A stretch of DNA of 64,000 bases from NCBI GenBank assembly GCA_009772935.1, contig WOUR01000015.1:36970-100969 (forward strand), written 5' to 3'. The DNA comes from Rhodospirillaceae bacterium. GTDB lineage: Bacteria; Pseudomonadota; Alphaproteobacteria; Reyranellales; Reyranellaceae. The translations under genes and the position numbers were made by a program. Each line of letters starts with the position of its first letter. Positions within the stretch are counted from its first letter, which is position 1. Below the pieces are notes generated by a model that was not told the DNA's origin, ran no database searches, and was given only the letters and a program-made list of their open reading frames with translations. Shown piece after piece: positions 42,456 through 51,911 of the stretch.

Positions 42456-43298
42456 ATGCGGTTGGTCAGCTTTCGCCATGCGGGCGCGAACAAATTCGGC
42501 GCGGTCGTGGACGGCGGCATCGTCGATCTGTCGGCGCGCACGAACGGGCGCTGGCCCGGCTTGCGCGACGTCATCGCAGCCAAGGCGCTCGATGAACTCC
42601 GCGCCACGACAAAGGGTGCAGCGGCAGATCTCGCATTCGAAGACGTCGAGCTGCTGCCGGTCATTCCCGATCCGGGCAAGATCCTCTGCGTCGGCCTCAA
42701 CTATGCGAGCCATGTCGGCGAGGTCGGACGCCAGATGCCGACCGTGCCCAGTGTCTTCTCGCGGCTGCACGACACGCTGTTGCGCCACGGCGGCGACATC
42801 GTGCGGCCGCGCGCCTCGACCCACTTCGACTACGAAGGCGAACTCGCCATCGTGATCGGCGAGCGTTGCCGGCACGTCCCGCGCGCCGGCGCCCTGTCGG
42901 TGATCGCGGGCTACACCTGCTTCATCGACGGCAGCGTCCGAGACTTCCAGAAGCACTCGGTGTTCGCCGGCAAGAATTTTCCGGCCACCGGGCCTCTCGG
43001 GCCGTGGATGGTCACGGCGGACATGGTCCCCGATCCGCAGCGACTCGAACTCACGACGCGGCTGAACGGCACCGTGGTACAGCACGACACGACCGATCAC
43101 ATGATCTTCGATGTCGCCACCATCATCGAATATCTCTCGACGATTGCCTGGCTGGAGCCGGGCGACATCATCGCGACCGGCACGCCCGACGGCGTGGGCA
43201 CCGGTCGCAAGCCGCCACTCTGGATGAAGGCCGGCGACAGGCTGGAAGTCGAGATCTCGGGCATAGGGACTTTGGGCGTCAATGTCGTCGACGAGTGA
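42456..43298 (+). CDS. fumarylacetoacetate hydrolase family protein
   Basis: CVGLNY, DYEGELAIVIG, GKNF, GPLGPW, PGDIIATGTP. Confidence 0.93.
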   Translation: MRLVSFRHAGANKFGAVVDGGIVDLSARTNGRWPGLRDVIAAKALDELRATTKGAAADLAFEDVELLPVIPDPGKILCVGLNYASHVGEVGRQMPTVPSVFSRLHDTLLRHGGDIVRPRASTHFDYEGELAIVIGERCRHVPRAGALSVIAGYTCFIDGSVRDFQKHSVFAGKNFPATGPLGPWMVTADMVPDPQRLELTTRLNGTVVQHDTTDHMIFDVATIIEYLSTIAWLEPGDIIATGTPDGVGTGRKPPLWMKAGDRLEVEISGIGTLGVNVVDE

Positions 43299-44526
43299 TC
43301 CATTCGACGTGCCGGCCAGCGACGCCGGCACCGATGCGAGGAAGGTCCGCGAATTCAAGGTGATCGCGCTGATCGCCGTGGCGCATTTCGTGAGCCACGT
43401 GCACATCATGCTGCTGCCGCCGCTGTTCGCCGAGGTGAAGGACGCTTTCGGCGTGGGCTATGTCGAGATCGGGCTGGCGCTGGCGGCCTTCAACACCGCC
43501 TCGGCCCTGTTGCAGACACCGGCGGGCTTCCTGATCGACCGCGTCGGACCGCGCATCATGTTGACCGGTGGCCTGATCCTGGGTGGCTTGGCCGTCGCGG
43601 CGGCAGCGCTGCTGCCGGGCTACTGGACCTTCGTCATCGCCTACGGCTTCCTCGGCCTCGCCAACACCGTCTATCACCCGGCCGACTATTCGATCCTCTC
43701 GGCCACGATCGACCACAAGCGCATCGGCAAGGCCTTCTCGATCCATACTTTCGCGGGCTATCTCGGCTCGGGCATCACGCCGGCCCTGGCATTCGCCTTT
43801 GCGGCAATGTGGGGCTGGCGCGGTGCCTTCCTGTTCGTCGCCGGCCTCTCGATCGCGACCGCCTTCGTGCTGATCGTGGCCGGCAGTATCCTGCCGCGCA
43901 TCTCGCACAAGCCCGGCCAGGCAACCGCGAAAGGCGACCAGAAGGTCGGGCTTGATCTGCTCTTGAGCGCGCCCATCCTGCGCAACCTGCTGTTCTTCTT
44001 CTGCCTTGCCATGGCCAATGGCGGAATCCAGACCTACACCATCGTCGGCATGGCGAAGATCCACGGAACGCCCGCCGACATCGCCAGCACTGCGCTGTCG
44101 GCCTTCCTTCTGTGCAGCGCCGGCGGCGTGCTGCTGGGCGGCATCATCGCCGACCGTACGCCGCACCATGAGCGCGTGGCGGCCATCGGCTTCGCCTGCA
44201 CCTCGACCATGGCCATCCTGATGGCCTGGGTGAACATGCCAGGGGTGATCCTGATCGGCGTGATGTCGGCGGGCGGCCTGCTTAACGGCATCATCCAGCC
44301 GTCGCGCGACATGATGGTGCGCGCCGTGACGCCGCCCGGCTCGTTCGGCAAGGTCTTCGGCTTCGTCAGCACCGGCTTCAACCTGGGCGGCATGGTCGCC
44401 CCGCTGCTCTACGGCTTCCTGATGGACCATGGCGAGCCGCGCGCTATCTTCATGATCGTCACCGGTTTCATTTTCCTCGCGCTGGTCACCGCGATCACCC
44501 GCCGCAAACCCGAGAGCATTGCCTGA
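43282..44526 (+). CDS. MFS transporter
   Basis: AHFVSH, PAGFLIDRVG, YHPADYSIL, GGIIADR. Confidence 0.9.
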   Translation: MSSTSDPFDVPASDAGTDARKVREFKVIALIAVAHFVSHVHIMLLPPLFAEVKDAFGVGYVEIGLALAAFNTASALLQTPAGFLIDRVGPRIMLTGGLILGGLAVAAAALLPGYWTFVIAYGFLGLANTVYHPADYSILSATIDHKRIGKAFSIHTFAGYLGSGITPALAFAFAAMWGWRGAFLFVAGLSIATAFVLIVAGSILPRISHKPGQATAKGDQKVGLDLLLSAPILRNLLFFFCLAMANGGIQTYTIVGMAKIHGTPADIASTALSAFLLCSAGGVLLGGIIADRTPHHERVAAIGFACTSTMAILMAWVNMPGVILIGVMSAGGLLNGIIQPSRDMMVRAVTPPGSFGKVFGFVSTGFNLGGMVAPLLYGFLMDHGEPRAIFMIVTGFIFLALVTAITRRKPESIA

Positions 44527-45365
44527 TGGACTCCCTGACGCCCGCCACGCCTCCCAAGACGGAAGCCCTCGCCCGCCGCTATGGTGCGGACACACTGCCC
44601 GCGGCCGGACCGTGGAACGAGACCATCGCCACGATGCTCGATCACCGCTCGGTGCGCAGCTACAAGCCCGATCCCGTCCCGGCCGGTGCGCTGGAGAGCA
44701 TGATCGCCGCCGCCCAGTCGGCCGCCACCAGTTCCAACATGCAGTGGTGGTCGGCCGTCGCCGTCACCGATCCCGCCAAGAAGAAGGTCCTGGCCGAGAT
44801 CGCCGGCGGCCAGAAGCATATCGAGCAGTGCCCGCTGTTCATCGCCTGGATCGCCGACATGTCGCGCAACCAGCGCATCTCGGACGCGACGAAGACCCCG
44901 TTCGAGACCATGCCCTGGCTGGAAACCTTCATGGTCGCTTCGATCGACGCCGCGCTGGCGGCCCAGAATGCGGTCGTCGCCGCGGAATCGATGGGCCTGC
45001 GCACGGTCTATATCGGCGCCATGCGCAACGACCCCACACGCGTTGCCGAGCTGCTCGGCCTGCCGCCCCAAGCCGTCGTCGTGTTCGGCCTCTGCGTCGG
45101 ATACGCCACGGAGAAGGGCGAAGGCGAGGTGAAGCCGCGCCTGCCGCAGGCGGCCGTGCTCCACAGCGAACGCTACGACGCGAGCCGGGAAGAGGCCCTG
45201 CGCGCCGCCTATGACGCCGAGATGAGCAAGTTCTCGGCCCGGCACGAGCTCCAGGCCGCGACCTGGACCCAGCGCGTGCTGAATCGGCTGGGCCCGATCA
45301 AGGCCATGAACGGCCGCGAAACGCTGCGCGCCGCGCTGGCGAAGATGGGATTCGAAATCCGGTAA
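44526..45365 (+). CDS. NfsA/NfrA-like NADPH-dependent nitroreductase
   Basis: HRSVRSY, AATSSNMQ, AESMGL.TVYIGAMRN, GLCVGY, KPRLP. Confidence 0.9.
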   Translation: MDSLTPATPPKTEALARRYGADTLPAAGPWNETIATMLDHRSVRSYKPDPVPAGALESMIAAAQSAATSSNMQWWSAVAVTDPAKKKVLAEIAGGQKHIEQCPLFIAWIADMSRNQRISDATKTPFETMPWLETFMVASIDAALAAQNAVVAAESMGLRTVYIGAMRNDPTRVAELLGLPPQAVVVFGLCVGYATEKGEGEVKPRLPQAAVLHSERYDASREEALRAAYDAEMSKFSARHELQAATWTQRVLNRLGPIKAMNGRETLRAALAKMGFEIR

Positions 45366-45375
45366 CGGAAGCTCG

Positions 45376-46029
45376 TCAATCGAACTTGCCGCTCTTCAGC
45401 CGGTCCACCATCGGGTTCCGGGCCGGCGCCGCGACGCGCCGCAGCGTGTTCGTGTCGCGGTGGTCGAACGCCGGTGTCTTGCCGCGCACCGCCAGGTCGG
45501 TGCGCGTCACGTAGGTCCAGCTGCCGTCATCGTTGAAGGTGATGTCGATGCGATAGTAGTCGGTGCGGAACGCCTGCTCGAGGAAGGTGGTCGAGCAGAT
45601 GCCGAAGCGGGTGTCACCGCGCTTGGCCTCCACCGAAATGGTCCTGTCACCGGGCTTCGCGGTTCCCCCCGCCAGGACGACCTGGCCGCGCGGGATTGCG
45701 ATGGATTGCATGATCAGGCCGGTGGCCGGCTCCCACAGCCAGTAGCCGACCTGGTCGTGGAAGGTGATGGCTTCCTCGTCGGTGTTGATGTGGATGTGGT
45801 AACGCAATCCATAGAGGAGCTGCGGTCCGTTGGGCTGCGGATCGATCGGTTCCATCCGGATATGTTCCCGGAAGTTGCGCTGCTCCGGGCCGGCCGCCTT
45901 AGGCGCAATGTCGATGCCCTTGTCGGATTCCCATTCGCCGGCGAGGCGGGCCAGCGGACCGAGATTGGCCAGCGTATCCGGGGAAAAATCCTCGGGCTCG
46001 GTAAAGACGTCTTCGGGAATATTCGACAT
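45376..46029 (-). CDS. nitrobindin/FABP-like beta-barrel protein (DUF1794-like)
   Basis: LGPLARLAGEWES.KG, FHDQVGYW, IAIPRG. Confidence 0.75.
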   Translation of the reverse strand: MSNIPEDVFTEPEDFSPDTLANLGPLARLAGEWESDKGIDIAPKAAGPEQRNFREHIRMEPIDPQPNGPQLLYGLRYHIHINTDEEAITFHDQVGYWLWEPATGLIMQSIAIPRGQVVLAGGTAKPGDRTISVEAKRGDTRFGICSTTFLEQAFRTDYYRIDITFNDDGSWTYVTRTDLAVRGKTPAFDHRDTNTLRRVAAPARNPMVDRLKSGKFD

Positions 46030-46096
46030 GGGCTCCTCGGGCTGCACTCGGCCGGAATGTGCAGACCCGCCCTCGCATTAACAAGCGCGCCGCTTG

Positions 46097-46417
46097 TCAC
46101 GCATCGCGCCAGTCGAAGGCGAGCGGCGCCTCGCGGAAGGCGAAGCGATCGAGGTGGCTGGCGACGGCGCCCTTGAGAGCTTCGAGCTGACCGTCGGCAC
46201 TAGCCTCGAGCCGGCACTCCAGGGCGTCGCCATGCGCCGCCAGCAGGAGAGTGGCATCGCCCGGCCAGTCGGCGCCGCGGGCGTTGCGTGGAAACACGAC
46301 CCTGCCCTTGTCCGGCGTGAACTCGACCTCGAGATTGTGGCTCCAGTGCTTGCAGAGCTGCTGGAGGTACCGGCTGCCGTTGGCCGTCGGCACCCGTGCG
46401 ATGCTGGTGGTGCTCAC
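46097..46417 (-). CDS. DUF2218 domain protein
   Basis: SRYLQQLCKHWSH; HLDRFAFRE. Confidence 0.85.
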   Translation of the reverse strand: MSTTSIARVPTANGSRYLQQLCKHWSHNLEVEFTPDKGRVVFPRNARGADWPGDATLLLAAHGDALECRLEASADGQLEALKGAVASHLDRFAFREAPLAFDWRDA

Positions 46418-47007
46418 AGGCGTTCGATCCTCTGCGCCGCCTCGTCGATGATGGCGACGGCGTCGTGGACCGTCTGCTTCTGCACGCCATCGCGCCCGAG
46501 GCGGTTGATCAGCGCCTCGCGAAGATTGCCCATGGCCCGGCGCACGGGCGCCGAGTCGGTGCGCTCCTGCACGTTGGCGAGTTCCGCCAGCCTCGCGAAC
46601 AAGGCGTCGACCTCTCCCTTGCGTTCGGTCAGATGGACGGTGCCGTCGGGCGTGATCGCGAAGGCCTTGCGCGAACCTTCCGACTTGGTCTCGGCGATGT
46701 GGCCCATTTCGTCGAGCAGGGTCAGCGTCGGATAGACCATGCCGGGACTAGGCACGTAGCTGCCACCGGTCAGCTCCTCGATGGCGCGGATGAGTTCGTA
46801 GCCATGCCGCGGCTCGTCGGCGATCAGCTTCAGCAGGACCAGACGGAGCTCGCCCGAATCGAAGACGCGCCGCCGCCCACGCCCGCCGCGCCCTTCACCC
46901 GGGTCGCCGCGCCAACCGTGGCCCGGCCCGCCGAAACCGCGTCGGCCGAAATGATGTCGTTGAGCCTCTTCGCCGCAATGGCGATGAGGGTGATGGAAAG
47001 ACCTCAT
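46414..47007 (-). CDS. PadR family regulator with His-rich N-terminus (YqjI/NfeR-like)
   Basis: LRLVLLKLI...RHGYELI..IEE..GG.Y.PSPG.VYPTL; HHPHRHC N-terminus; GAGG RBS before ATG 47007. Confidence 0.88.
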   Translation of the reverse strand: MRSFHHPHRHCGEEAQRHHFGRRGFGGPGHGWRGDPGEGRGGRGRRRVFDSGELRLVLLKLIADEPRHGYELIRAIEELTGGSYVPSPGMVYPTLTLLDEMGHIAETKSEGSRKAFAITPDGTVHLTERKGEVDALFARLAELANVQERTDSAPVRRAMGNLREALINRLGRDGVQKQTVHDAVAIIDEAAQRIERL

Positions 47008-47038
47008 GGCCTCATCCTCTATATGATTGAACATATCT

Positions 47039-47050
47039 AAGATATATCTT
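47039..47050. promoter_or_regulatory. perfect palindrome AAGATATATCTT, candidate PadR autoregulatory operator
   Basis: About 32 nt upstream of the padR ATG; flanked by TTGAAC (47027) and GTTCAA (47055). Confidence 0.55.
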
Positions 47051-47106
47051 GATTGTTCAAAAATACAAGCCCCCACCTGTTTTTCTTTGGAGTTTGAAGG
47101 GGGGCG

Positions 47107-47436
47107 TTAACGCCGGCCGGCGCGATTCACCGGACCGCCGCGGTTGACGTCCCCGTCCCCGGGATGTCCGGGGGCAACCCCTGCGCCGGGAGCGCCCGCG
47201 CCCACGCCGGGCGCGACCCCCACACCGGGAGCCCCGACGCCGACGCCCGGCGCGACGCCAACGCCGGGCGCGCCGGCGCCGACACCGGGAACCACACCCA
47301 CTCCCGGCGCTCCGGCGCCGCGGGGGGCCCAGACGCAGCCATGCGGCACGCCCTCGGCGCGGCAGTAGACCTGAGCTTCGGCCGAGCCGGCTACCAGCAA
47401 GAGCCCCAGAGACGTGCCAATGATTGTGCGGATCAT
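47107..47436 (-). CDS. small secreted Gly/Pro/Val-rich protein with four 13-aa repeats
   Basis: Signal peptide ending AEA-Q, Cys pair, GAPGVGVxPGVGx repeats, C-terminal [12 protein letters not shown]. Confidence 0.72.
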   Translation of the reverse strand: MIRTIIGTSLGLLLVAGSAEAQVYCRAEGVPHGCVWAPRGAGAPGVGVVPGVGAGAPGVGVAPGVGVGAPGVGVAPGVGAGAPGAGVAPGHPGDGDVNRGGPVNRAGRR

Positions 47437-47480
47437 GAGTTACTCCCGGAATGGGGTCATCGTACTTGGAGAACCAGCGT

Positions 47481-50375
47481 CTACCACGTCACGCGGAGCC
47501 CCGCGCGAAGTGTCTGCGCCGTGGAGGACGAGCCGATCGCCGCCTGCCATCCGGCAAAGAAGGCCACGCCATCCTCGAGGGCGAAATCGGCGGAAAGACC
47601 CACCAATACCGAATCCGGCGAGATCGGCGCGCTGGTCGACGCAAAAGGCACCGCGGGGGCAGCAGCGAAGGCCGCCTGCGTAGTCGCCGACACGTCGGCG
47701 AATTCGTGCGCCCAACCGAGCAACCCGCGCAAGGCGAGCGAGCGCTGGTCGGCCAGCATGAGAGTCCGGTTCACCGGCAGCGTCAGGGTGCCGCGCAGGC
47801 TGGTAAGCGACTGCCCGTCGATCTCCTGGGCAAGTCCGTTGCTGTTCTGCTCGACGGTGCGCGGCGAGGAGAATCCCGCTGCAGCGAACCCCACCGTGGG
47901 TTCCACCGCCCAACCCTCCCAGGCCAATCGCAACCCTGCGGCGACCTGACCACCCACCCCGGTCGTCACGAGACTGTCCCGCGAGACGCTGTTCCACGCT
48001 CCCAGCGGACGGGTCGTGGTCTGATCGACGCGCAGATAGGACGCCTGGCCGCCGACGAAGAATGATCCGGCGGTGTACTCACCGTAGACCGTTGCCTGCA
48101 TCGCCGATCCGAGGGCCGTCGCACCGTTGCCGGCGAAGGTGTTTGCGCTGCCGCCTCCCAGAGCGACCCCACCGACGAAGCCCGGCGCCAGCTCCACATC
48201 GAGCCCCGCCATCACGCCGGCAAGCGACGATTGGAAGCCCGGGGCGGCCGCCGCGGCGACCTGCGTCCACTGCCCGAAGCCCGAGAGCCAGGCCGTCGTG
48301 CCAAGCGGCCCCGCCACCGTGTTGGGCGCGGCGTTGGGCAGTCCCCCGCAGGCATCGCCACAGGCCATGGCAATGTCTTGGCCACCGCCCTGTCCGGTAC
48401 GGCGGGTGCCCAGCCGCTGGCTGACCTGATCTGCAAAGCCGTAGAAGCCCTGACGTGCCGACAGGATCATGTCGCCATAGAGGCTGGGCGAAAGCTGATC
48501 CAGTGCCTGCGGGATCGATGCGGCCGGCAGGCTGTAGAGCGGCGCGAAGAGCGACTGCGCAAGGCCGCTCATCCGCACGCCTGCCGCGGGACGAAGCACG
48601 TCGAGCGCTTGCCCGACCGAGGCCTGGCTGGCCGTCTGAGGCAGGCCGGCGGCACCGAGGTTGCCGTAGGAAGCGGGCGTTACCACCAGCGAAACAGAGG
48701 ACGGCGCATAAAGAGCATCGAAACGCGTTCCCGCCCCCAAACCGGCCGGCTGGGTAAGGCCGGCGAAGCTTCCCTGCACGCCGCCCTCGGCCGCGACGAC
48801 CATGAACTGCTGCCCGATGGACGGCGTGAAGCTGTTGGTCGCGGCGCCGGTGATGCCGCGCAGGACCGGCTGCAACGTGCCGCCGGCGGTGAAGCCGTTG
48901 CCTGCACCCGACACCACCACGCGGCTGAAGTTGCCGGCCCCGTTGCCGGTTGCCGTTCCGTCGATATCGAGGGAGAGCGTGCTGGCCGCCGCCATGACCA
49001 CCGGCGCGCCGAAAGTGAGGGTTCCCGGGCTGTTGCCCGGCGCCAGCGTGCCACCGCCCAGCACCGTGGTAGCGCCCCGGATCGTTCCCGTGCCCCGGAG
49101 CGTGCCTTGCGCAGAGACCGGCGAGACGATCAAACCATCAACGGACAGGGCGGCGCCGGCCTCGATCGTCGTGATACCGGTATAGGTGCTGTTTCCGGCG
49201 AAGGTGACGCTTCCGCCAAGTCCGCTGTTGGCGATGATGAGGTTGCCCGGCGTACCGGGCACCGCATCGGAGAGCACGCCGGTCAGGACAGCCGCGTTGC
49301 CGCGCAGGTCGAGGCGGTTCGTGGCCGATCCGTCGACCAGGAAATTCCGGCTGTTGACGCCGAAGGTCTCGTCGACCTGGAGCGTGCCGCCGGTGAAGGC
49401 CGGGATGACGGTCGATCCGACATTGCTCAGGAAATAGGTCTGCCCCGCAGCGATGGTCGAAACCGGCATGATGCTGGCCGTTGTCGGAGCGCCGACAGGG
49501 CCGGACAGGGTGTAGGCCCTAAGGGCCATGTTGCCAGTCGTGGCATCTCCCGTGATCTGGCCCGAAAGACTGTCGTACGTCACCCCGAACAGCAGGTTGA
49601 AGAAGAGGTTTCCCTCGGGTGTCATCGAGCCCAGCACGGTAAAATTGCCAACCAGGCTGTCGAGCGGTGCGGCGCCGACGCCCCAGTAGTATCCGTTGCT
49701 GTAGCCCGTGATCTTGAAGGTGCCGGGCGTCGCCGTGCCGAACACGGTGGGGCTCGAGACCTGCCAGGTGGTGCCGGCGGTCCAGCGCCATTCCGGGGAG
49801 GTGATGTCGGCGCTGATATACTGCGTCGGCGAAGGCGGCGTGAACACGGCCGGATTGTAGGGCGCCATGTAGGCCCAGTGCGTGACCAGCAGCGAGGTGC
49901 CGGTGATCATCTGCATTTCCATCAGCGGCACGCCGCCGATTTCCCGCATCTGGCCGATGCCCACGATGGTCGCGCTGTCTGGAGACGTGAATTCGATCCG
50001 GATCTGCCCTGTCTCGGTCACGAGTCCATGCATGGCCGAGAAGGTGGGCGGCGTGACGGTCGGACCGATGGCGAACGTCGCCGCGCTCTGCCCGGTGAAC
50101 GAGCCGTTGGTGACGGTTCCCAGGGACCACAGGGTCTGGTCGCCGATCGAAAAGGGATTGGTGATGTTACTCCGGTTGCCGCTCGCGTAGGCGACCAGGT
50201 TGGGGATCGCCACGTACCAGTTCGTGTTGGACAGAAGCGCGTCCCAGCGCGTGTCCTGCGCGGACGCGGTTGCCGTCGAGGATACGACACTGGCCAGGAC
50301 CAATGCCGACAGGCGCGCGCCTCTTCCCGTACCCCTTGCGCTCCTGCGGCGCCTCCCGCTACGCGACGCGTCCAC
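47481..50375 (-). CDS. autotransporter (type Va) with passenger, beta-strand repeat and C-terminal beta-barrel
   Basis: Signal peptide; TFAGNSTYTGITTIEAG repeat; GWAHEF; C-terminal GLRVTW; start approximate. Confidence 0.9.
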   Translation of the reverse strand: MDASRSGRRRRSARGTGRGARLSALVLASVVSSTATASAQDTRWDALLSNTNWYVAIPNLVAYASGNRSNITNPFSIGDQTLWSLGTVTNGSFTGQSAATFAIGPTVTPPTFSAMHGLVTETGQIRIEFTSPDSATIVGIGQMREIGGVPLMEMQMITGTSLLVTHWAYMAPYNPAVFTPPSPTQYISADITSPEWRWTAGTTWQVSSPTVFGTATPGTFKITGYSNGYYWGVGAAPLDSLVGNFTVLGSMTPEGNLFFNLLFGVTYDSLSGQITGDATTGNMALRAYTLSGPVGAPTTASIMPVSTIAAGQTYFLSNVGSTVIPAFTGGTLQVDETFGVNSRNFLVDGSATNRLDLRGNAAVLTGVLSDAVPGTPGNLIIANSGLGGSVTFAGNSTYTGITTIEAGAALSVDGLIVSPVSAQGTLRGTGTIRGATTVLGGGTLAPGNSPGTLTFGAPVVMAAASTLSLDIDGTATGNGAGNFSRVVVSGAGNGFTAGGTLQPVLRGITGAATNSFTPSIGQQFMVVAAEGGVQGSFAGLTQPAGLGAGTRFDALYAPSSVSLVVTPASYGNLGAAGLPQTASQASVGQALDVLRPAAGVRMSGLAQSLFAPLYSLPAASIPQALDQLSPSLYGDMILSARQGFYGFADQVSQRLGTRRTGQGGGQDIAMACGDACGGLPNAAPNTVAGPLGTTAWLSGFGQWTQVAAAAAPGFQSSLAGVMAGLDVELAPGFVGGVALGGGSANTFAGNGATALGSAMQATVYGEYTAGSFFVGGQASYLRVDQTTTRPLGAWNSVSRDSLVTTGVGGQVAAGLRLAWEGWAVEPTVGFAAAGFSSPRTVEQNSNGLAQEIDGQSLTSLRGTLTLPVNRTLMLADQRSLALRGLLGWAHEFADVSATTQAAFAAAPAVPFASTSAPISPDSVLVGLSADFALEDGVAFFAGWQAAIGSSSTAQTLRAGLRVTW

Positions 50376-50462
50376 TCAAGCATCTCCCGTACTCGAACCG
50401 GGGCAAAGTTGGCATCACAGCCCGTGCATTTGCAACAGGACGGCACGACTGTCGTGTAACGA

Positions 50463-51653
50463 TTACTGTGTCACAACGTAGGTCCTCGGCGGATGACGGC
50501 GCATCGCCGCCTCGTCGGGTTCGACACCCCAACCCGGCCCCTTGGGCAGGAGATAGTCGCCGTTCTCGAAGACCGGCGGATGATCGACGATCTCGTCTCG
50601 CCACGGCACCCCGTCGATGTCGATCTCCATGATCCGAAAATTCGGCACGGCGGCGCAGAAATGCGCCGAGATGGCGCTGGCGAGGTGGCCATAGAAATTG
50701 TGCGGCGCCACGTTCACCTCATAGACGTCGGCCATCGCCGCGATCTTCAGCGACTCGGCGAAGCCGTTCCAGATCACGTCGACGATTGCCGTATCGAAGG
50801 CATAGGCTTCGAAGTACGGGCGGAAGTCGCGGCGTTCCAGCAGGGTTTCACCGGAGGCGATGGGACAGGGCGCGTCGCGGCGGATCATCGCGATCGACTT
50901 CGGATCGTGGATGTCGAGTTCCAGCCACGTGAGGCCGGCCGGTCCCACCGCGCCGGCGATGCGCTTGAAGCCCTCGGTGCGGAAATGGAAATTGGTGTCG
51001 AGCATGATGCCGACGTCGGGCCCGGCGCCGTCGCGGAACGCTTCGACGGTCTTCGCCGCACTGCGCGCGATGAAGGCGTCCCAGTTGCGTTCGGGGAATC
51101 CCTTGCCGACGACGAAGCCCGGACGATAGGCGCGCAGCCTGCCGTCGACCTCCATGGCGATGTTGGTCTTGCAGGCGGTGAAGCCCTTCTTCCGCACCTC
51201 CTCGCCGGTCCGCGCCATGTCGTCGTAGGAGCGCACCGGCGGCGTGCCGCAGAGATCGGGATTGCGCATGCGATAGGAGCCGCAGTGCGACCAGTAGACG
51301 GGAATGCGGTCGCGCAGCTTGCCGCCGAACAGCTGGTAGACCGGGACGCCCAGCGCCTTGCCCTTGATGTCGAGTAGCGCGTTCTCGATGGCGGCGATCG
51401 CCTGTCGCACTACGCCGCCGCGCGACTGGGTCGACTTGGTGGCGAGCACGGCGTTCACCAGCTCGATGTCCATCGGGTCCATACCGATCACGCCCGGCAT
51501 CAGGTTCTCGATGACGCCCGAGAGGCCGGGACTGCCGAAGCTCTCATTGTATTCCGACCAGCCGACGGGGCCCGTGTCGGTCACCAGCTTGAGGAACGAG
51601 AACAGGCGCCAGCCCGCATCGCAGCGAAAAATCTCGTAGGCCTTGACCTTCAT
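50463..51653 (-). CDS. mandelate racemase/muconate lactonizing enzyme family protein
   Basis: AAIENALLDIKGKALGVPVYQLFGG, ASGE, APHN, PGWGVE; start MKVKAYE at 51653. Confidence 0.9.
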   Translation of the reverse strand: MKVKAYEIFRCDAGWRLFSFLKLVTDTGPVGWSEYNESFGSPGLSGVIENLMPGVIGMDPMDIELVNAVLATKSTQSRGGVVRQAIAAIENALLDIKGKALGVPVYQLFGGKLRDRIPVYWSHCGSYRMRNPDLCGTPPVRSYDDMARTGEEVRKKGFTACKTNIAMEVDGRLRAYRPGFVVGKGFPERNWDAFIARSAAKTVEAFRDGAGPDVGIMLDTNFHFRTEGFKRIAGAVGPAGLTWLELDIHDPKSIAMIRRDAPCPIASGETLLERRDFRPYFEAYAFDTAIVDVIWNGFAESLKIAAMADVYEVNVAPHNFYGHLASAISAHFCAAVPNFRIMEIDIDGVPWRDEIVDHPPVFENGDYLLPKGPGWGVEPDEAAMRRHPPRTYVVTQ

Positions 51654-51911
51654 TTCCCCCCCCGTCGATTCACCCGAATCGCAGGAGTGTAGCCCGTTCC
51701 GGTCCAGGCGGGACCGCCGGGATTTCGCCCGGCGGCAACTGAATGGCCGCCAGCCCGCCCGCTGTTCGTCGACGATATCGTCCATACTGAGACGGTGAAA
51801 TTCGTCCTGCTGGCCAATCCCCGCAGCCCCTCCATAGGACACTTCATGAAGTGCCCCACAGGAATCGATCCGGAAGACGCACGGGAACTCGAAGGGCGGT
51901 GCGTCCGGCAG

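Noticed and set aside
47158-47313. 39-nt tandem repeat as a possible CRISPR array
   Set aside because: Units are contiguous with no unique spacers, they are in-frame coding, and no cas genes are present.
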